NCBI GenBank assembly: GCA_016186435.1
Contig: JACPLQ010000008.1
Coordinates: 1 to 48,823, forward strand
Origin: Candidatus Nomurabacteria bacterium
GTDB taxonomy: Bacteria; Patescibacteriota; Minisyncoccia; Phycocordibacterales; UBA9973
DNA length: 48,823 bases
Reading direction: 5' to 3'
The position numbers and the translations under genes were made by a program. The notes beneath the pieces were generated by a model. The model searched no databases and was not told the DNA's origin. It worked only from the letters and a program-made list of their open reading frames with translations. Below, one piece after another: positions 30,034-39,298 of the stretch (the first letter of the stretch is position 1; each line of letters begins with the position of its first letter).

Positions 30034-31374
30034 CTACTCTTTTCGAAGCCATTCCGGATCTTGCCTGACAAGTAAAGAGCTTTTATCCGCTCCATCTTTG
30101 AGAATAGCTTCTACTGTGCGTTCCATGCGCGTCCCCTGCGAACCCTTTACTAGAACAATATCTCCTTTCCTTATAAAAGTTTTCATAAAATTTCCCGCCT
30201 CGCGCGAATTTAGAAATTCCAAAATGCTTCCAGGATTCATTCCCAGCCCGCCAGAGGACGGGTGAATTTCTAAAGCGCCTTCTTTTATAGATTTTGCCCG
30301 CGGACCTACTACAATGAGCGTATCTCCCGGATTATTTAAAATTTCTTTTGCAAGTTTGCCGATATTTTTATGAGCTTCTATGGTATGTTTGCCGAGCTCC
30401 AGCATGTCTCCCAAAATAGCAATTTTTCTCCCCCGAGGGGAACCCTCGGGAAATACTTCACCTAGAGTTTTTAGCGCCGACTCGCAGGCAAAAGGAGAAG
30501 AATTGTAGGTGTCATCAATAATAAGGCTTTCTTTTATTCCGGGAAGGATGCGCATCCTTCCCGGCGGAACATCGTAATTTTTAAGCGCCAGAGCAGCTTC
30601 TACCATATTGAATTTCAAGCCGGAAGATAGAGCGAGGGCCGCGAGCGAAGCATACACATGATTCCGCCCGAATACTCCTTCTATGACGACAGGCAGGCTT
30701 TTTCCTCCTTCATCAACACGGAAAACTACTCCTTCCGGAATCCCTTTTTCATTATATGAAATACTTTCACCCGAACCCAGAATATTCGCGCCCTCTTTGA
30801 ATCCATAAGTGATTACCAGACATTTTGTTTTTGATTTCATTTCCAGCACCGCTTCATCGTCCGCATTCAGCACTAAAAGCCCGCTTGGTTTCAATGTTTT
30901 TATAAGCTGAGATTTTTCTTCTATCAGGTGTTTGCGCGAGGTAAAAAATTCTATATGAACAGGAGTCTCGCCTATCGCCGTCATTATAACTGCATCAGTA
31001 TTGAGCCATGAAGCGGTTTCTTTCATGTCATTTGGCTTGCCTATGCCTACTTCCAAAATTAACCACTCCGGATATTTGTGAGGATAAATTATGAGCCACA
31101 ATCCTTTCAAAATATTTTTAATCCATACTGCGGGATTGTTCCATCCATTCGGAAGGCCCAAGACCGTCAGAGGAAGTCCGAGTTCGCTGTTAAAACTCTT
31201 CTCGCTTTTGCGGACATAAGCTATTTTGGAAAGTACGGCATAAACGGCATCTTTGGTAGAAGTTTTGCCGAGCGAGCCCGTGATAGCTATTACTTTTGGC
31301 TTGTATCGCAAAAGCGCAAGCTTAGATTCTGCTTTTAGAGTTTGAGCTAATATTTTTTTAAAAATAAGTTTCAT
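30034..31374 (-). CDS. murF: MurF ligase
   Basis: ITGSLGKTSTK, DDTYNSSP, LGDMLELG and VKGSQ motifs; dcw context. Confidence 0.92.
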   Translation of the reverse strand: MKLIFKKILAQTLKAESKLALLRYKPKVIAITGSLGKTSTKDAVYAVLSKIAYVRKSEKSFNSELGLPLTVLGLPNGWNNPAVWIKNILKGLWLIIYPHKYPEWLILEVGIGKPNDMKETASWLNTDAVIMTAIGETPVHIEFFTSRKHLIEEKSQLIKTLKPSGLLVLNADDEAVLEMKSKTKCLVITYGFKEGANILGSGESISYNEKGIPEGVVFRVDEGGKSLPVVIEGVFGRNHVYASLAALALSSGLKFNMVEAALALKNYDVPPGRMRILPGIKESLIIDDTYNSSPFACESALKTLGEVFPEGSPRGRKIAILGDMLELGKHTIEAHKNIGKLAKEILNNPGDTLIVVGPRAKSIKEGALEIHPSSGGLGMNPGSILEFLNSREAGNFMKTFIRKGDIVLVKGSQGTRMERTVEAILKDGADKSSLLVRQDPEWLRKE

Positions 31375-31382
31375 GGGTGAAG

Positions 31383-33089
31383 CTATCTGTCGGGCGGAAT
31401 ATTATAATAATTTAGCAAAAATTTTGTGATATCCAAGAATGGATCAGTCCAAGTGGTCGCCGCGTACTGCACGCCTTTCGGATTGACAGCATATAATAGA
31501 ACAATAAACTTCGGATCGTAGGCTGGAAAATAACCGACAAAAGAATGCGTATGCCTGTCTTCATAATATCCTCCGGAAACATTATCTGCAACCTGCGCCG
31601 TACCCGTTTTCGCCGCCACGCTAAAATGCTCCAGGCCCTTTTTAAGACCCTTGTCCATCACCATTACCAGCATCCGTGTTATCTCCTCCGAGGTTTCTTT
31701 TGTTATTTTTGCAGGAGTAAGAGGGTAAGTCATCTCTTTAGATAATCCATTATTGTAATTTATTTCCTTGACTACGTGCGGAACGACGAGATTTCCTTCA
31801 TTTCCAAGCGACGCAAGAGCCCTGATAAGCGCAACTGGCGTGAGCGCTATACCCTGCCCGAAAGCGGCATTGGCATACTCAATTTCTCTGGGACTTTTTA
31901 ATATCCCGCCCATCAGGCTTGAAGTCTCATTTGGAAGATCAATACCCGTTTTGTCTTTAATTCCGTAAGAAAGTAAATACTCGCGAAGCTTCACCTTGCC
32001 GAGCTTTTGCTCCACAAATACCATACCGGTGTTTAGAGACTGATTGAGGACGTCCTGCATACTCGTGCCGCTCCCCCTGGCTTTTTTATCAAAATTGAAG
32101 ATTTCGTGTTTCTCCACTATCACAGAGCCTTTATCGGTATAAGTAGTATCCGCCGTGACTGCTTTGGCATCAAGGGCGCCGGCCATAATCAAAGGTTTGA
32201 CGACAGATCCGAACTCCAGCACATTTTCTACCAAAGGATTTGAAAAAATAGAAATCGTTTTTTCTTCTGAAAATTTATTGGGATCAAAATCAGGCAAGAC
32301 TCCAAGCGCGTAGATAGAACCGTCTTTCGGATTCATTATTATTCCGCCAATAGAGTCAGCTTTATAGCGCTCTCTTACTTCAGTTAATTTCTTTTCAAGC
32401 AAATTCTGCACCTGGGGCTCTATCGTGGTCACCAAGTCCCCTTCGGGCTCCGCATCTTCAAATAAAGACTCCTCAATGTTTGAAAAAACTTCCGCAAAAA
32501 AATTCACATAGGGGTTGTCTATATTTCTGGATAAAAGCGAATTATACTGGCGTTCCAGTCCATAGCGTCCGCCGAGCTCCGAGCCTTTATAGCCCACAAA
32601 GCCAAGAGTGTGCGAAGCCATACTGCCGCCCGGATAGAATCGCCATTTTTCTTTAAACACGCTTATCCCGGGAATTTTCAAAGCCGAGATCGCATCCGCT
32701 TCCTCTTTGGAAAGACGCCCTATGATTTCTTGATAAGGATCACTCTTGTTTTCTGCTCTTTTTATAAATTCTTCGCGGCCAAGCGTAATTATTTTTGAAA
32801 TTTTCTGATAGACATCTTCGGGATCTGTGATTTTCTCGGCTATTATTGCCATCTTAAAACCGGAAGTCTGGGTAGCGGCCGAGACGAGTTCTCCATCCTT
32901 GCGGGTAAAATAAATAATCCCTCGTTCGTAGATGTCCGTTGACGGCGTGACGTATTGGCGATCTGCGGCGTTTGAGTAAGTTTCTCCATGCACTACCTGC
33001 ACATAAAAAAGCTTCGCCGAAAGGACTCCGGCAAAGACAATAACACCCAAAAGAATCATTCTTGACCTGAAAAGAAAACTAGATTTCAT
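31383..33089 (-). CDS. ftsI: Class B PBP (FtsI-like)
   Basis: RG.I, R.YP, GLE, SVVK (SxxK), SLN and KTGTAQ motifs. Confidence 0.9.
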   Translation of the reverse strand: MKSSFLFRSRMILLGVIVFAGVLSAKLFYVQVVHGETYSNAADRQYVTPSTDIYERGIIYFTRKDGELVSAATQTSGFKMAIIAEKITDPEDVYQKISKIITLGREEFIKRAENKSDPYQEIIGRLSKEEADAISALKIPGISVFKEKWRFYPGGSMASHTLGFVGYKGSELGGRYGLERQYNSLLSRNIDNPYVNFFAEVFSNIEESLFEDAEPEGDLVTTIEPQVQNLLEKKLTEVRERYKADSIGGIIMNPKDGSIYALGVLPDFDPNKFSEEKTISIFSNPLVENVLEFGSVVKPLIMAGALDAKAVTADTTYTDKGSVIVEKHEIFNFDKKARGSGTSMQDVLNQSLNTGMVFVEQKLGKVKLREYLLSYGIKDKTGIDLPNETSSLMGGILKSPREIEYANAAFGQGIALTPVALIRALASLGNEGNLVVPHVVKEINYNNGLSKEMTYPLTPAKITKETSEEITRMLVMVMDKGLKKGLEHFSVAAKTGTAQVADNVSGGYYEDRHTHSFVGYFPAYDPKFIVLLYAVNPKGVQYAATTWTDPFLDITKFLLNYYNIPPDR

Positions 33090-33453
33090 TGCTGCCTAAA
33101 GTTAGGCTTCCCAGAGACTTTATAGATTTTCGCGTGGCAAAAGCGCTGTTTACTTCTTTAAAACCCATAGAAAATGCGCCAGACAAGTCCATCGCGCCCG
33201 TAATAGACAGGTAAGCAAGCTCCAATTGGCCGACTTCATTTGAAAGCGCAAGCATTTCTTTTTCCAAAGTTTTCCTTTGGACAATATCAAAAACCATATT
33301 TCCTAGTATGAGAACATACCAAAAAGCAAGGGCTGCCAATATAAAAAGTACGGCATTTAAAACTATCCTGCTCATCTCGAGATTGTTGTTCGTGATGCTC
33401 AAGTTGCCTGCGTTTCGCATACTTGTCTTTAGTTTTAAAGCCGCTTGTCTCAT
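33079..33453 (-). CDS. FtsL-like bitopic protein
   Basis: Single TM plus coiled coil, between rsmH and ftsI. Confidence 0.65.
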   Translation of the reverse strand: MRQAALKLKTSMRNAGNLSITNNNLEMSRIVLNAVLFILAALAFWYVLILGNMVFDIVQRKTLEKEMLALSNEVGQLELAYLSITGAMDLSGAFSMGFKEVNSAFATRKSIKSLGSLTLGSNEI

Positions 33454-34361
33454 GTTTTTTGAATAATTCTTAATTTTGCGCTTCTTGCTCTGGGATTATT
33501 CTTTATTTCTTCAGTGCTTGGTGTAATTGGTTTCTTTGTAATAATTTTTGCCTCTCTATTTCCTTGTCCGCCAGAGGCGGATCCGCCTTTGGCGGAATAA
33601 AATCTTTTTACTATCCTGTCTTCTAGGCTATGAAAACTTATTACTGCCATTCGTCCCCCTGGATTCAGTGAATCAAATCCTTTACGCAAACCTTCCTGCA
33701 AACTCCCCAATTCATCATTGACTGCTATGCGTATCGCCTGAAAAGTCCGTGTGGCGCAGTGCATTTTCTGTCTCTTATATGCTCTGCCTACAGCCCTTTC
33801 TATAATTTTCACTAAATCAAAAGTGGTTTTAATCTCTGCCTTATCTCTTGCTTCCGTAATCGCTTTAGCTATCCTTCGGCTAAATTTTTCCTCGCCATAG
33901 CCATAAATAATATCGGCTAAATTTTTTTCTTCCCAAGTATTTACTATTTCTTTTGCAGTCAGGTACTCTTCGCTTGGGTTACTTTTCATAGTCATTAAAA
34001 GCGGCTCGTCTTTTTGAAAAGAAAATCCTCGTCCGGAATTTTCTAACTGATCTGAACTCAAGCCCAAATCAAAAATAATCGCATCTGCCTGCAAATCTCC
34101 AAGTTCGCGAAAGTTTTGATTCAGGAAGGTCACATTGCAACCTGACATTTTTTCTTTCCCCCGCTCTATTGCACTTCTGTCTTGGTCAATGGCGATAATT
34201 TTTATATCCGGATAGTTTTTACAAACCTGAAGAGCATGTCCGCCGCCGCCGAAAGTCGCATCTATAACAACTTTTTTTGAATCCCCGCTTTGCGCCGAGG
34301 CAGGTAAATTTAGGCCGTCTATTGTTTCTTTTAAAAGAACTGTCTTGTGTACGCTTTCCAT
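33450..34361 (-). CDS. rsmH: 16S rRNA m4C1402 methyltransferase RsmH
   Basis: DATFGGGGH, DLGLSS, RTFQAIRIAVNDEL and NPRARSAKLR motifs. Confidence 0.97.
   Translation of the reverse strand: MESVHKTVLLKETIDGLNLPASAQSGDSKKVVIDATFGGGGHALQVCKNYPDIKIIAIDQDRSAIERGKEKMSGCNVTFLNQNFRELGDLQADAIIFDLGLSSDQLENSGRGFSFQKDEPLLMTMKSNPSEEYLTAKEIVNTWEEKNLADIIYGYGEEKFSRRIAKAITEARDKAEIKTTFDLVKIIERAVGRAYKRQKMHCATRTFQAIRIAVNDELGSLQEGLRKGFDSLNPGGRMAVISFHSLEDRIVKRFYSAKGGSASGGQGNREAKIITKKPITPSTEEIKNNPRARSAKLRIIQKT
33567..33596. repeat. 30-bp twin-hairpin element in-frame in rsmH
   Basis: TCCGCC-AGA-GGCGGA + TCCGCC-TTT-GGCGGA, encoding SAKGGSASGG. Confidence 0.9.
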
Positions 34362-34371
34362 CTTGCTTGTC

Positions 34372-34806
34372 TTACTGCGCTAATTTCTCCGCCAACTGCT
34401 CTGCTTCTCTTGCAGCTTTTTCTTTCTGTTCCGACCACGCTTTCTCGTTCCAAACTTCCACTCTGTCTTTCACTCCGACAATTGCCGCTTTGTCCCGAAG
34501 CTTGATTCCTTCCTGTAAAAATTCCGGTATCAGCATCCTGCCGATAGAATCTATTTCCACTTCCGCCGCCCGCCCGAACATGTATCTGTTAAAACTTCGC
34601 TGGTCTGCTTTCAAAAACGAGAGGTCTGAGTCTGAATCAGAAAGTTTTTTAGAAACTTTTTCCCATTCTTTGGTTGTGAAAATAAACAAGCACTGGCCGA
34701 GTCCGGGAGTAATAATAATTTTCTTGCCGAGCTCTTTGCGAAACTTTGCCGGCATTGAAACTCTATTCTTATCGTCAATCGTGTGTATATATTCTCCGAT
34801 GAGCAT
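34372..34806 (-). CDS. mraZ: Transcriptional regulator MraZ
   Basis: GEY.H.ID.K.R...PAKFR and D..GRMLIP motifs. Confidence 0.97.
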   Translation of the reverse strand: MLIGEYIHTIDDKNRVSMPAKFRKELGKKIIITPGLGQCLFIFTTKEWEKVSKKLSDSDSDLSFLKADQRSFNRYMFGRAAEVEIDSIGRMLIPEFLQEGIKLRDKAAIVGVKDRVEVWNEKAWSEQKEKAAREAEQLAEKLAQ

Positions 34807-34825
34807 AAAAATTTATTAAAATAAC

Positions 34826-34909
34826 TTATCCACAGATTTCCCACTTTTTCCCACTTCGTTAACATTATAAAACACCCCTATAATGAAGCAAGCGCCGGGC
34901 TGTGGATAA
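34826..34909 (-). promoter_or_regulatory. mraZ/dcw control region: MraZ boxes and two DnaA boxes
   Basis: Three GTGG repeats at 10-11 bp spacing (34830-34854); TTATCCACA at 34826-34834 and TGTGGATAA at 34901-34909. Confidence 0.75.
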
Positions 34910-34952
34910 CTCAAGGGACTGGGCTGGACTGGAAAAGTGATACAATTTACTT

Positions 34953-35216
34953 ATGGGCATACCTTTAAGCATGGAGGGATACGGCGACCCCAAATACGAA
35001 GAGCTGAAGAAAAAGGCGCTGGAATATCTGGAGAAGCTCCTAAAAGAACCCGGGCTTTTCACTGACGTTACATGGGAACCAACACCCAAGGAAATTCTTA
35101 GTAACCCCAAGATCAAAAAGGAGTTAATAAATAAATTACCTAAAGGTTTTCCGTTTCCGATGCTGGATGATTTATTGAGAACTCTGGAAAGACGAAGAAC
35201 AAAAACCCGATATTGA
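34953..35216 (+). CDS. Hypothetical protein (87 aa)
   Basis: TGA-TACAAT lies 6 nt before the ATG; plausible composition. Confidence 0.6.
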   Translation: MGIPLSMEGYGDPKYEELKKKALEYLEKLLKEPGLFTDVTWEPTPKEILSNPKIKKELINKLPKGFPFPMLDDLLRTLERRRTKTRY

Positions 35217-35282
35217 ACATATACACTTTACTGGACAAATTAATGATTTTATGGTTATATACATTTGAAGGAGGAATTGGTC

Positions 35283-35435
35283 ATGAAGTGCGATAAATGC
35301 AACTTGGATCTAATTTCGCAGGAAGAGAGAGAGCGGAAAGTTTGCGACTCCTGCGACACCTTGGACACATCCAAGGCGGAAATGTCGTGGGACGCACAGC
35401 TTCCACAACCAGTTCGCGATATTCCCCCGCCGTGA
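35283..35435 (+). CDS. Small CxxC-CxxC protein (50 aa; not in ORF track)
   Basis: MKCDKCNLDLISQEERERKVCDSCDTLDTSKAEMSWDAQLPQPVRDIPPP, with an AAGGAGG SD and its own terminator. Confidence 0.65.
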   Translation: MKCDKCNLDLISQEERERKVCDSCDTLDTSKAEMSWDAQLPQPVRDIPPP

Positions 35436-35462
35436 TGGTCCAATCCCATCCCGGCGGTTTTT
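35427..35462 (+). terminator. Intrinsic terminator
   Basis: CCGCCG-T-GATGG / CCATC-C-CGGCGG stem followed by a T run. Confidence 0.7.
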
Positions 35463-36946
35463 TATTCTTGTTTTGGCTTCATTAAAGGAAACAATTGTGT
35501 TTCTCGCAAAGGTTTGTCCACTAAAAAAGCGAACAGGCGGTCGCCGTAGGCGAAGCCGAAGGCGGGCGGCATGCCGTATTCCAGCATCTCCACGAATTCA
35601 TCGTCGGGCATCATGGCCTCTTGGTCCCCGGCTTCAATTAATTTCTTTTGAATTTCAAATCGTTCGTTTTGGTCGATGGGATCATTTAATTCCGAAAAAC
35701 CGTTGGTCATTTCCGCGCCCGCAAGGAGTAGCTGCACGCGCTCGGTCAAAAGCGGATTTTCCGGTTTGGCTTTGGAAAGCGGCGACACCAGCTTCGGCAC
35801 GTCAATGAGCCAAGCCGGCCCGGTAATCTGCTTCCGGCAATACTTCCAAAGAGAATCCATCAAGCGCTCCATATTATCGCCCTCATATTTCACTTTAAGC
35901 TCATCCAATTTTTTCATCATTTCTTTTGCGGTTGTCTCTAGAACATCCACTCCGGTAATTTTTTTGATAGTATCCGCATAAGTCATGCGTTCCCACTTGG
36001 ACGAGAGATCAATCTTCTCGCCGTGCGTCTCGAATACCAAAGTGCCGAAGGTTTGTTTGGCCACTTCTTTAATCATGCGCTCCGTGAAATCCATCCCCTG
36101 CTTGTAGTCCATAAAGCCCGCGTAAAATTCCAAATTGGTAAATTCCTGCGTGTGCTCCGGGCTGGAGCCTTCGTTCCTGTAAGCGCGACCTATTTCAAAA
36201 ACACGTTCAAAGCCGGCCGCGAGCAATCGCTTCTGCCACAATTCTCCTACGGATATGCGCATATAAACATCCAGATCAAAATCGTTGTGATGCGTTTTAA
36301 AAGGCCGCGCTTCCGCGCCGCCGGTGGTGATTTCTATGGTCGGCGTTTCCACTTCCAAGAATCCTTCTTTATTTAAAAAATTCCGGGTTGCGTCCCAAAA
36401 CTTCGCCTTTTTTTTGAAAAGTTCTTTGAGCTCCGGATTCATCAGAATGTCCAAATATCTTTTTCTGAACCTCTCTTCAATGTCCACAAGCCCATGCCAT
36501 TTTTCGGGCATTGGCCGCAGGCTCTTGGAAAGCATCCGCCAGTCGCGCGCCTCAAGAGTTTTTTCGCCGCGGTTGGTCTGAAAAAAAGTCCCGTAAAGCT
36601 CCACAAAGTCCCCGATGTCGGCAACCTCGTTCCAGAAGTTTAGTTTTTCTTCGCCCAGCACGTCTTTTTTCAAAAGTCCCTGAAAAGAACCGGTGCCGTC
36701 GTAGAGCGTTATGAAAATTATCGCGCCCTGGCCGCGGATGGACATTATTCTGCCCGCAATCCACTTTAAATTCCCCTCTTCTAGGGTGCCCTTTTGGGCG
36801 GGGTGGACAAGTTTGTCAAAATTTAGTATAGCGTCAGCTAGAGAAATTTCCCTTTTAGACTGCGCCGGGTACGGGTTTATGCCCTTCTCTTTCAGAAGCT
36901 TTAATTTTTTGATTCTTGTGTCCCTAATTTCATCAATTGAAGACAT
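35462..36946 (-). CDS. lysS: Lysyl-tRNA synthetase (class II)
   Basis: OB fold, GGAEARPF, YRNEG and YGMPP...G.DRL motifs. Confidence 0.98.
   Translation of the reverse strand: MSSIDEIRDTRIKKLKLLKEKGINPYPAQSKREISLADAILNFDKLVHPAQKGTLEEGNLKWIAGRIMSIRGQGAIIFITLYDGTGSFQGLLKKDVLGEEKLNFWNEVADIGDFVELYGTFFQTNRGEKTLEARDWRMLSKSLRPMPEKWHGLVDIEERFRKRYLDILMNPELKELFKKKAKFWDATRNFLNKEGFLEVETPTIEITTGGAEARPFKTHHNDFDLDVYMRISVGELWQKRLLAAGFERVFEIGRAYRNEGSSPEHTQEFTNLEFYAGFMDYKQGMDFTERMIKEVAKQTFGTLVFETHGEKIDLSSKWERMTYADTIKKITGVDVLETTAKEMMKKLDELKVKYEGDNMERLMDSLWKYCRKQITGPAWLIDVPKLVSPLSKAKPENPLLTERVQLLLAGAEMTNGFSELNDPIDQNERFEIQKKLIEAGDQEAMMPDDEFVEMLEYGMPPAFGFAYGDRLFAFLVDKPLRETQLFPLMKPKQE
36771..36807 (-). repeat. REP copy in-frame in lysS
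   Basis: Minus strand TCCACCCCGCCCAAAAGGGCACCCTAGAAGAGGGGAA closely matches 7652-7687. Confidence 0.85.
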
Positions 36947-36956
36947 TTTTTGCTCG

Positions 36957-36972
36957 CCCCGCCGCGGCGGGG
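36957..36972. repeat. Perfect 16-bp GC palindrome in the greA-lysS spacer
   Basis: CCCCGCCG|CGGCGGGG. Confidence 0.7.
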
Positions 36973-36977
36973 GTAGA

Positions 36978-37445
36978 TTAAGAAACGCTGATGATTTTAT
37001 AATTAACCATACCGCTTGGAGTTTTAAATGTTACTTTTTCGCCCTTCTTTTTTCCGAAAAGCGCCTCTCCAAAGGGAGAACGGTTGGAAATTTTTCCATT
37101 TGCCATATCCGCTTCCTCGCTTCCTACTATAACATAATTTTTTTCTTCCTGCGTGCCTTCTTTCTGCACGATAACTTTAGAACCGATTTCTATGATGTCT
37201 CCACCGCCGCCTTTGACAGTAACAGATGTCTGGAGAATTTGTTCTATTTTTTGTATGCGCGCTTCCAGCTTGCCTTGCTCTTCGCGAGTCTGATGATATT
37301 CCGCGTTTTCGGAAAGATCACCAAGAGATTTCGCGTACTCCAAAGCCAAGAGAATTTCTTTTCTCTTTGGTCCTTTGAGATCTATTAATTCCGCCTCTAA
37401 AGCTTTTCTTTTTTCAGCTGTTATGTAATCTGCTCCTGCATTCAT
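36978..37445 (-). CDS. greA: Transcription elongation factor GreA
   Basis: GDLSENAEY and IS..SP.G.AL motifs. Confidence 0.97.
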   Translation of the reverse strand: MNAGADYITAEKRKALEAELIDLKGPKRKEILLALEYAKSLGDLSENAEYHQTREEQGKLEARIQKIEQILQTSVTVKGGGGDIIEIGSKVIVQKEGTQEEKNYVIVGSEEADMANGKISNRSPFGEALFGKKKGEKVTFKTPSGMVNYKIISVS

Positions 37446-37543
37446 CCCGTTAGAAGTTGTCCTAAGTTTATATCAATTCTGAATAATATTAGGTAACTTA
37501 AAATTATTTAATAATATCATCCCGTAATTCAACTCCTAACGGG
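37446..37543. mobile_element. MITE-like 98-bp element at the greA start
   Basis: CCCGTTAGAAGTTG ... CAACTCCTAACGGG (13/14 inverted repeat), flanked by ATTCAT direct repeats (37440-37445, 37544-37549). Confidence 0.75.
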
Positions 37544-37701
37544 ATTCATGTATTTATTTGATTATTTTTGACTAAAACGACTAAATCCCGCTCACGGGAT
37601 TCATTGACACTTAATATTAAACTTTTTTAATAAAAAAGTCAATAAAATATTCGACGCTCGTCGGCTTGCCAATTATATTTTTTATGATAATCTTAGGCTC
37701 A

Positions 37702-37774
37702 TACCTGTCCCGTACTAAATTTTTGATTACGGAACAGGGTCGCTATTAGTAAAGTTTAAAATTTTAGTATCGGG
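37702..37774 (+). repeat. 73-bp element, copy 2 (before rpsU)
   Basis: TACCTGTCCCGTACTAAATTTTTGATTACG...AAAATTTTAGTATCGGG followed by ATG. Confidence 0.85.
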
Positions 37775-38008
37775 ATGGCAAAAACAGTAATTGAAGTCAG
37801 GAAAAATCCGAACGAAAACAACGCGAGCGTATTGCGCCGATTTTCACGCCGAATACAGGAGTCCGGCATAATTCGCAAAGTGAAGGGCGCCCGCTACAAT
37901 GGGCGAAGCGAATCAAAACTTAAAGTTAAAAAAAGCGCATTAAAGCGAATGGCTCGCCGAAAAGAAATTGAAAAGCTAAAAAAACTCGGCAAAATGCTAA
38001 CAAAATAG
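37775..38008 (+). CDS. rpsU: 30S ribosomal protein S21
   Basis: EV.K..NE....LRRF.R....SG pattern in a basic 77-aa protein. Confidence 0.85.
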   Translation: MAKTVIEVRKNPNENNASVLRRFSRRIQESGIIRKVKGARYNGRSESKLKVKKSALKRMARRKEIEKLKKLGKMLTK

Positions 38009-38023
38009 AAACAAGGTTAAACC

Positions 38024-38380
38024 TTGTCCGAAAAAATGGAGAGAAAATTTTCCAAAATAAAGAACGACATTTTGGGCAAAGACTATTCCCTATCTATGGC
38101 CTATGTCAGCGAAAAAAAATCAAGAGAGTTAAATAAGAAATGGAGAGGCAAAGATAGGGCGACAAACGTCTTATCTTTTGCTTTGAGTAAAAATTTAGGC
38201 GAACTCATTCTTTGCAAGGCTGTAATCAAAAAAGAGGCGAAGGAAAAAAAATACGACAGAAATTTCCAAAATCTTCTCGGATTTTTAGTTATCCACGGCA
38301 TGCTTCATTTGAAAGGACTGGAACATGGAAAAAAGATGGAGCAGCTGGAGAAGCTTTATTGTAAAAAATTTAAAATTTAA
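38024..38380 (+). CDS. ybeY: rRNA maturation RNase YbeY
   Basis: LN..WRGKD.ATNVLSF and HGMLHLKGLEH motifs. Start may be the ATG at 38036. Confidence 0.92.
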   Translation: MSEKMERKFSKIKNDILGKDYSLSMAYVSEKKSRELNKKWRGKDRATNVLSFALSKNLGELILCKAVIKKEAKEKKYDRNFQNLLGFLVIHGMLHLKGLEHGKKMEQLEKLYCKKFKI

Positions 38381-38383
38381 CGA

Positions 38384-39298
38384 CTATCTAAAAATTTCTG
38401 TAAAAATATTTACTAGTTTTTCGTCAAAATTACTAGGTAGTTTTGTGTGTGAAATTTTCAGGTTATCTAAAACATTTTCAAATTTCTTGAAACCCCCATC
38501 GCTTCTTAACTCTACCCATTCCATGTTTAAACTATTTAGTTGCTTTTTGTTTGTATCTGAAAGTTTATCAGCAACAAACACTTTACTGTCTCGAGCTATT
38601 ACAGCATCGGCACTTTCAGGATTTCCTATACCCATTAACTTAACTTCGCATTTATATTGATTTTCACCTTGCACTAAATAAAAATCTATTTCTCTCTCAA
38701 ACTCGTCTTCCTCTAGTTCTTCACCTTTTATCTTTAATGAATAGTTAATTTCAGAGACTCCGTATAACTTGCAAAGTGTTTGCATTAATGGCTTTTCAAC
38801 ACGCTTACCCGCAGTACTCCAAGATCCCCCTCTTATAGCAGCTCTTTTTACTGCAAGAGTATTGATAACAATCAGACTTTCACTCACGTTCAAGTCAACA
38901 CTAACGCCCTTAAATTTAATTGTTAAGGTTAATTCTAGGTCGTGTTCTGTATCTACCAAACTTTTAATTGATTGATATAACAGATCATAATGTTCATCAG
39001 AGGCATCAATGACTATTTCTCTGGTTGAAGAATTAAACATATTGTGTATGGTCTTTTTATTTAGCCCGGAATTAATCGCTATATCATTAGTGGGTAACTC
39101 AGAATTAAGGAATTCTTTTTTATACCAATCAATAGTGATGTCTTGATTTTTAAATTTTGCATCAACAACTTTTTTGAAAAAATCTACTACAAATTGTAAG
39201 AACTGTGCATCTATTAAAGTAACTATTTCAATTCGATAGTCTTCCCCTTTCAATAATTTTTTGATTATATTTTTTGCTACTTGCTCTGTAATTGTCAT
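38384..39298 (-). CDS. Type II restriction endonuclease, CfrBI-like
   Basis: PD-(D/E)xK-type REIDF...CEVK, GNPESAD; translationally coupled to an MTase; AT-rich. Family name is from recall. Confidence 0.75.
   Translation of the reverse strand: MTITEQVAKNIIKKLLKGEDYRIEIVTLIDAQFLQFVVDFFKKVVDAKFKNQDITIDWYKKEFLNSELPTNDIAINSGLNKKTIHNMFNSSTREIVIDASDEHYDLLYQSIKSLVDTEHDLELTLTIKFKGVSVDLNVSESLIVINTLAVKRAAIRGGSWSTAGKRVEKPLMQTLCKLYGVSEINYSLKIKGEELEEDEFEREIDFYLVQGENQYKCEVKLMGIGNPESADAVIARDSKVFVADKLSDTNKKQLNSLNMEWVELRSDGGFKKFENVLDNLKISHTKLPSNFDEKLVNIFTEIFR

Noticed and set aside
34283-34304. GC-rich PASAQSG patch in the rsmH N-terminus as another insert
   Set aside because: It resembles the CCTGCC family, but pairing is too weak to call without an alignment.
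34826-34950. Replication origin
   Set aside because: Only two DnaA boxes, with no dnaA/dnaN nearby and no obvious unwinding element.
36711-37388. Long antisense ORFs (also 8092-8712, 2129-2644, 34277-34819, 40820-41320)
   Set aside because: They are shadows of well-supported genes on the opposite strand and have no domain motifs.
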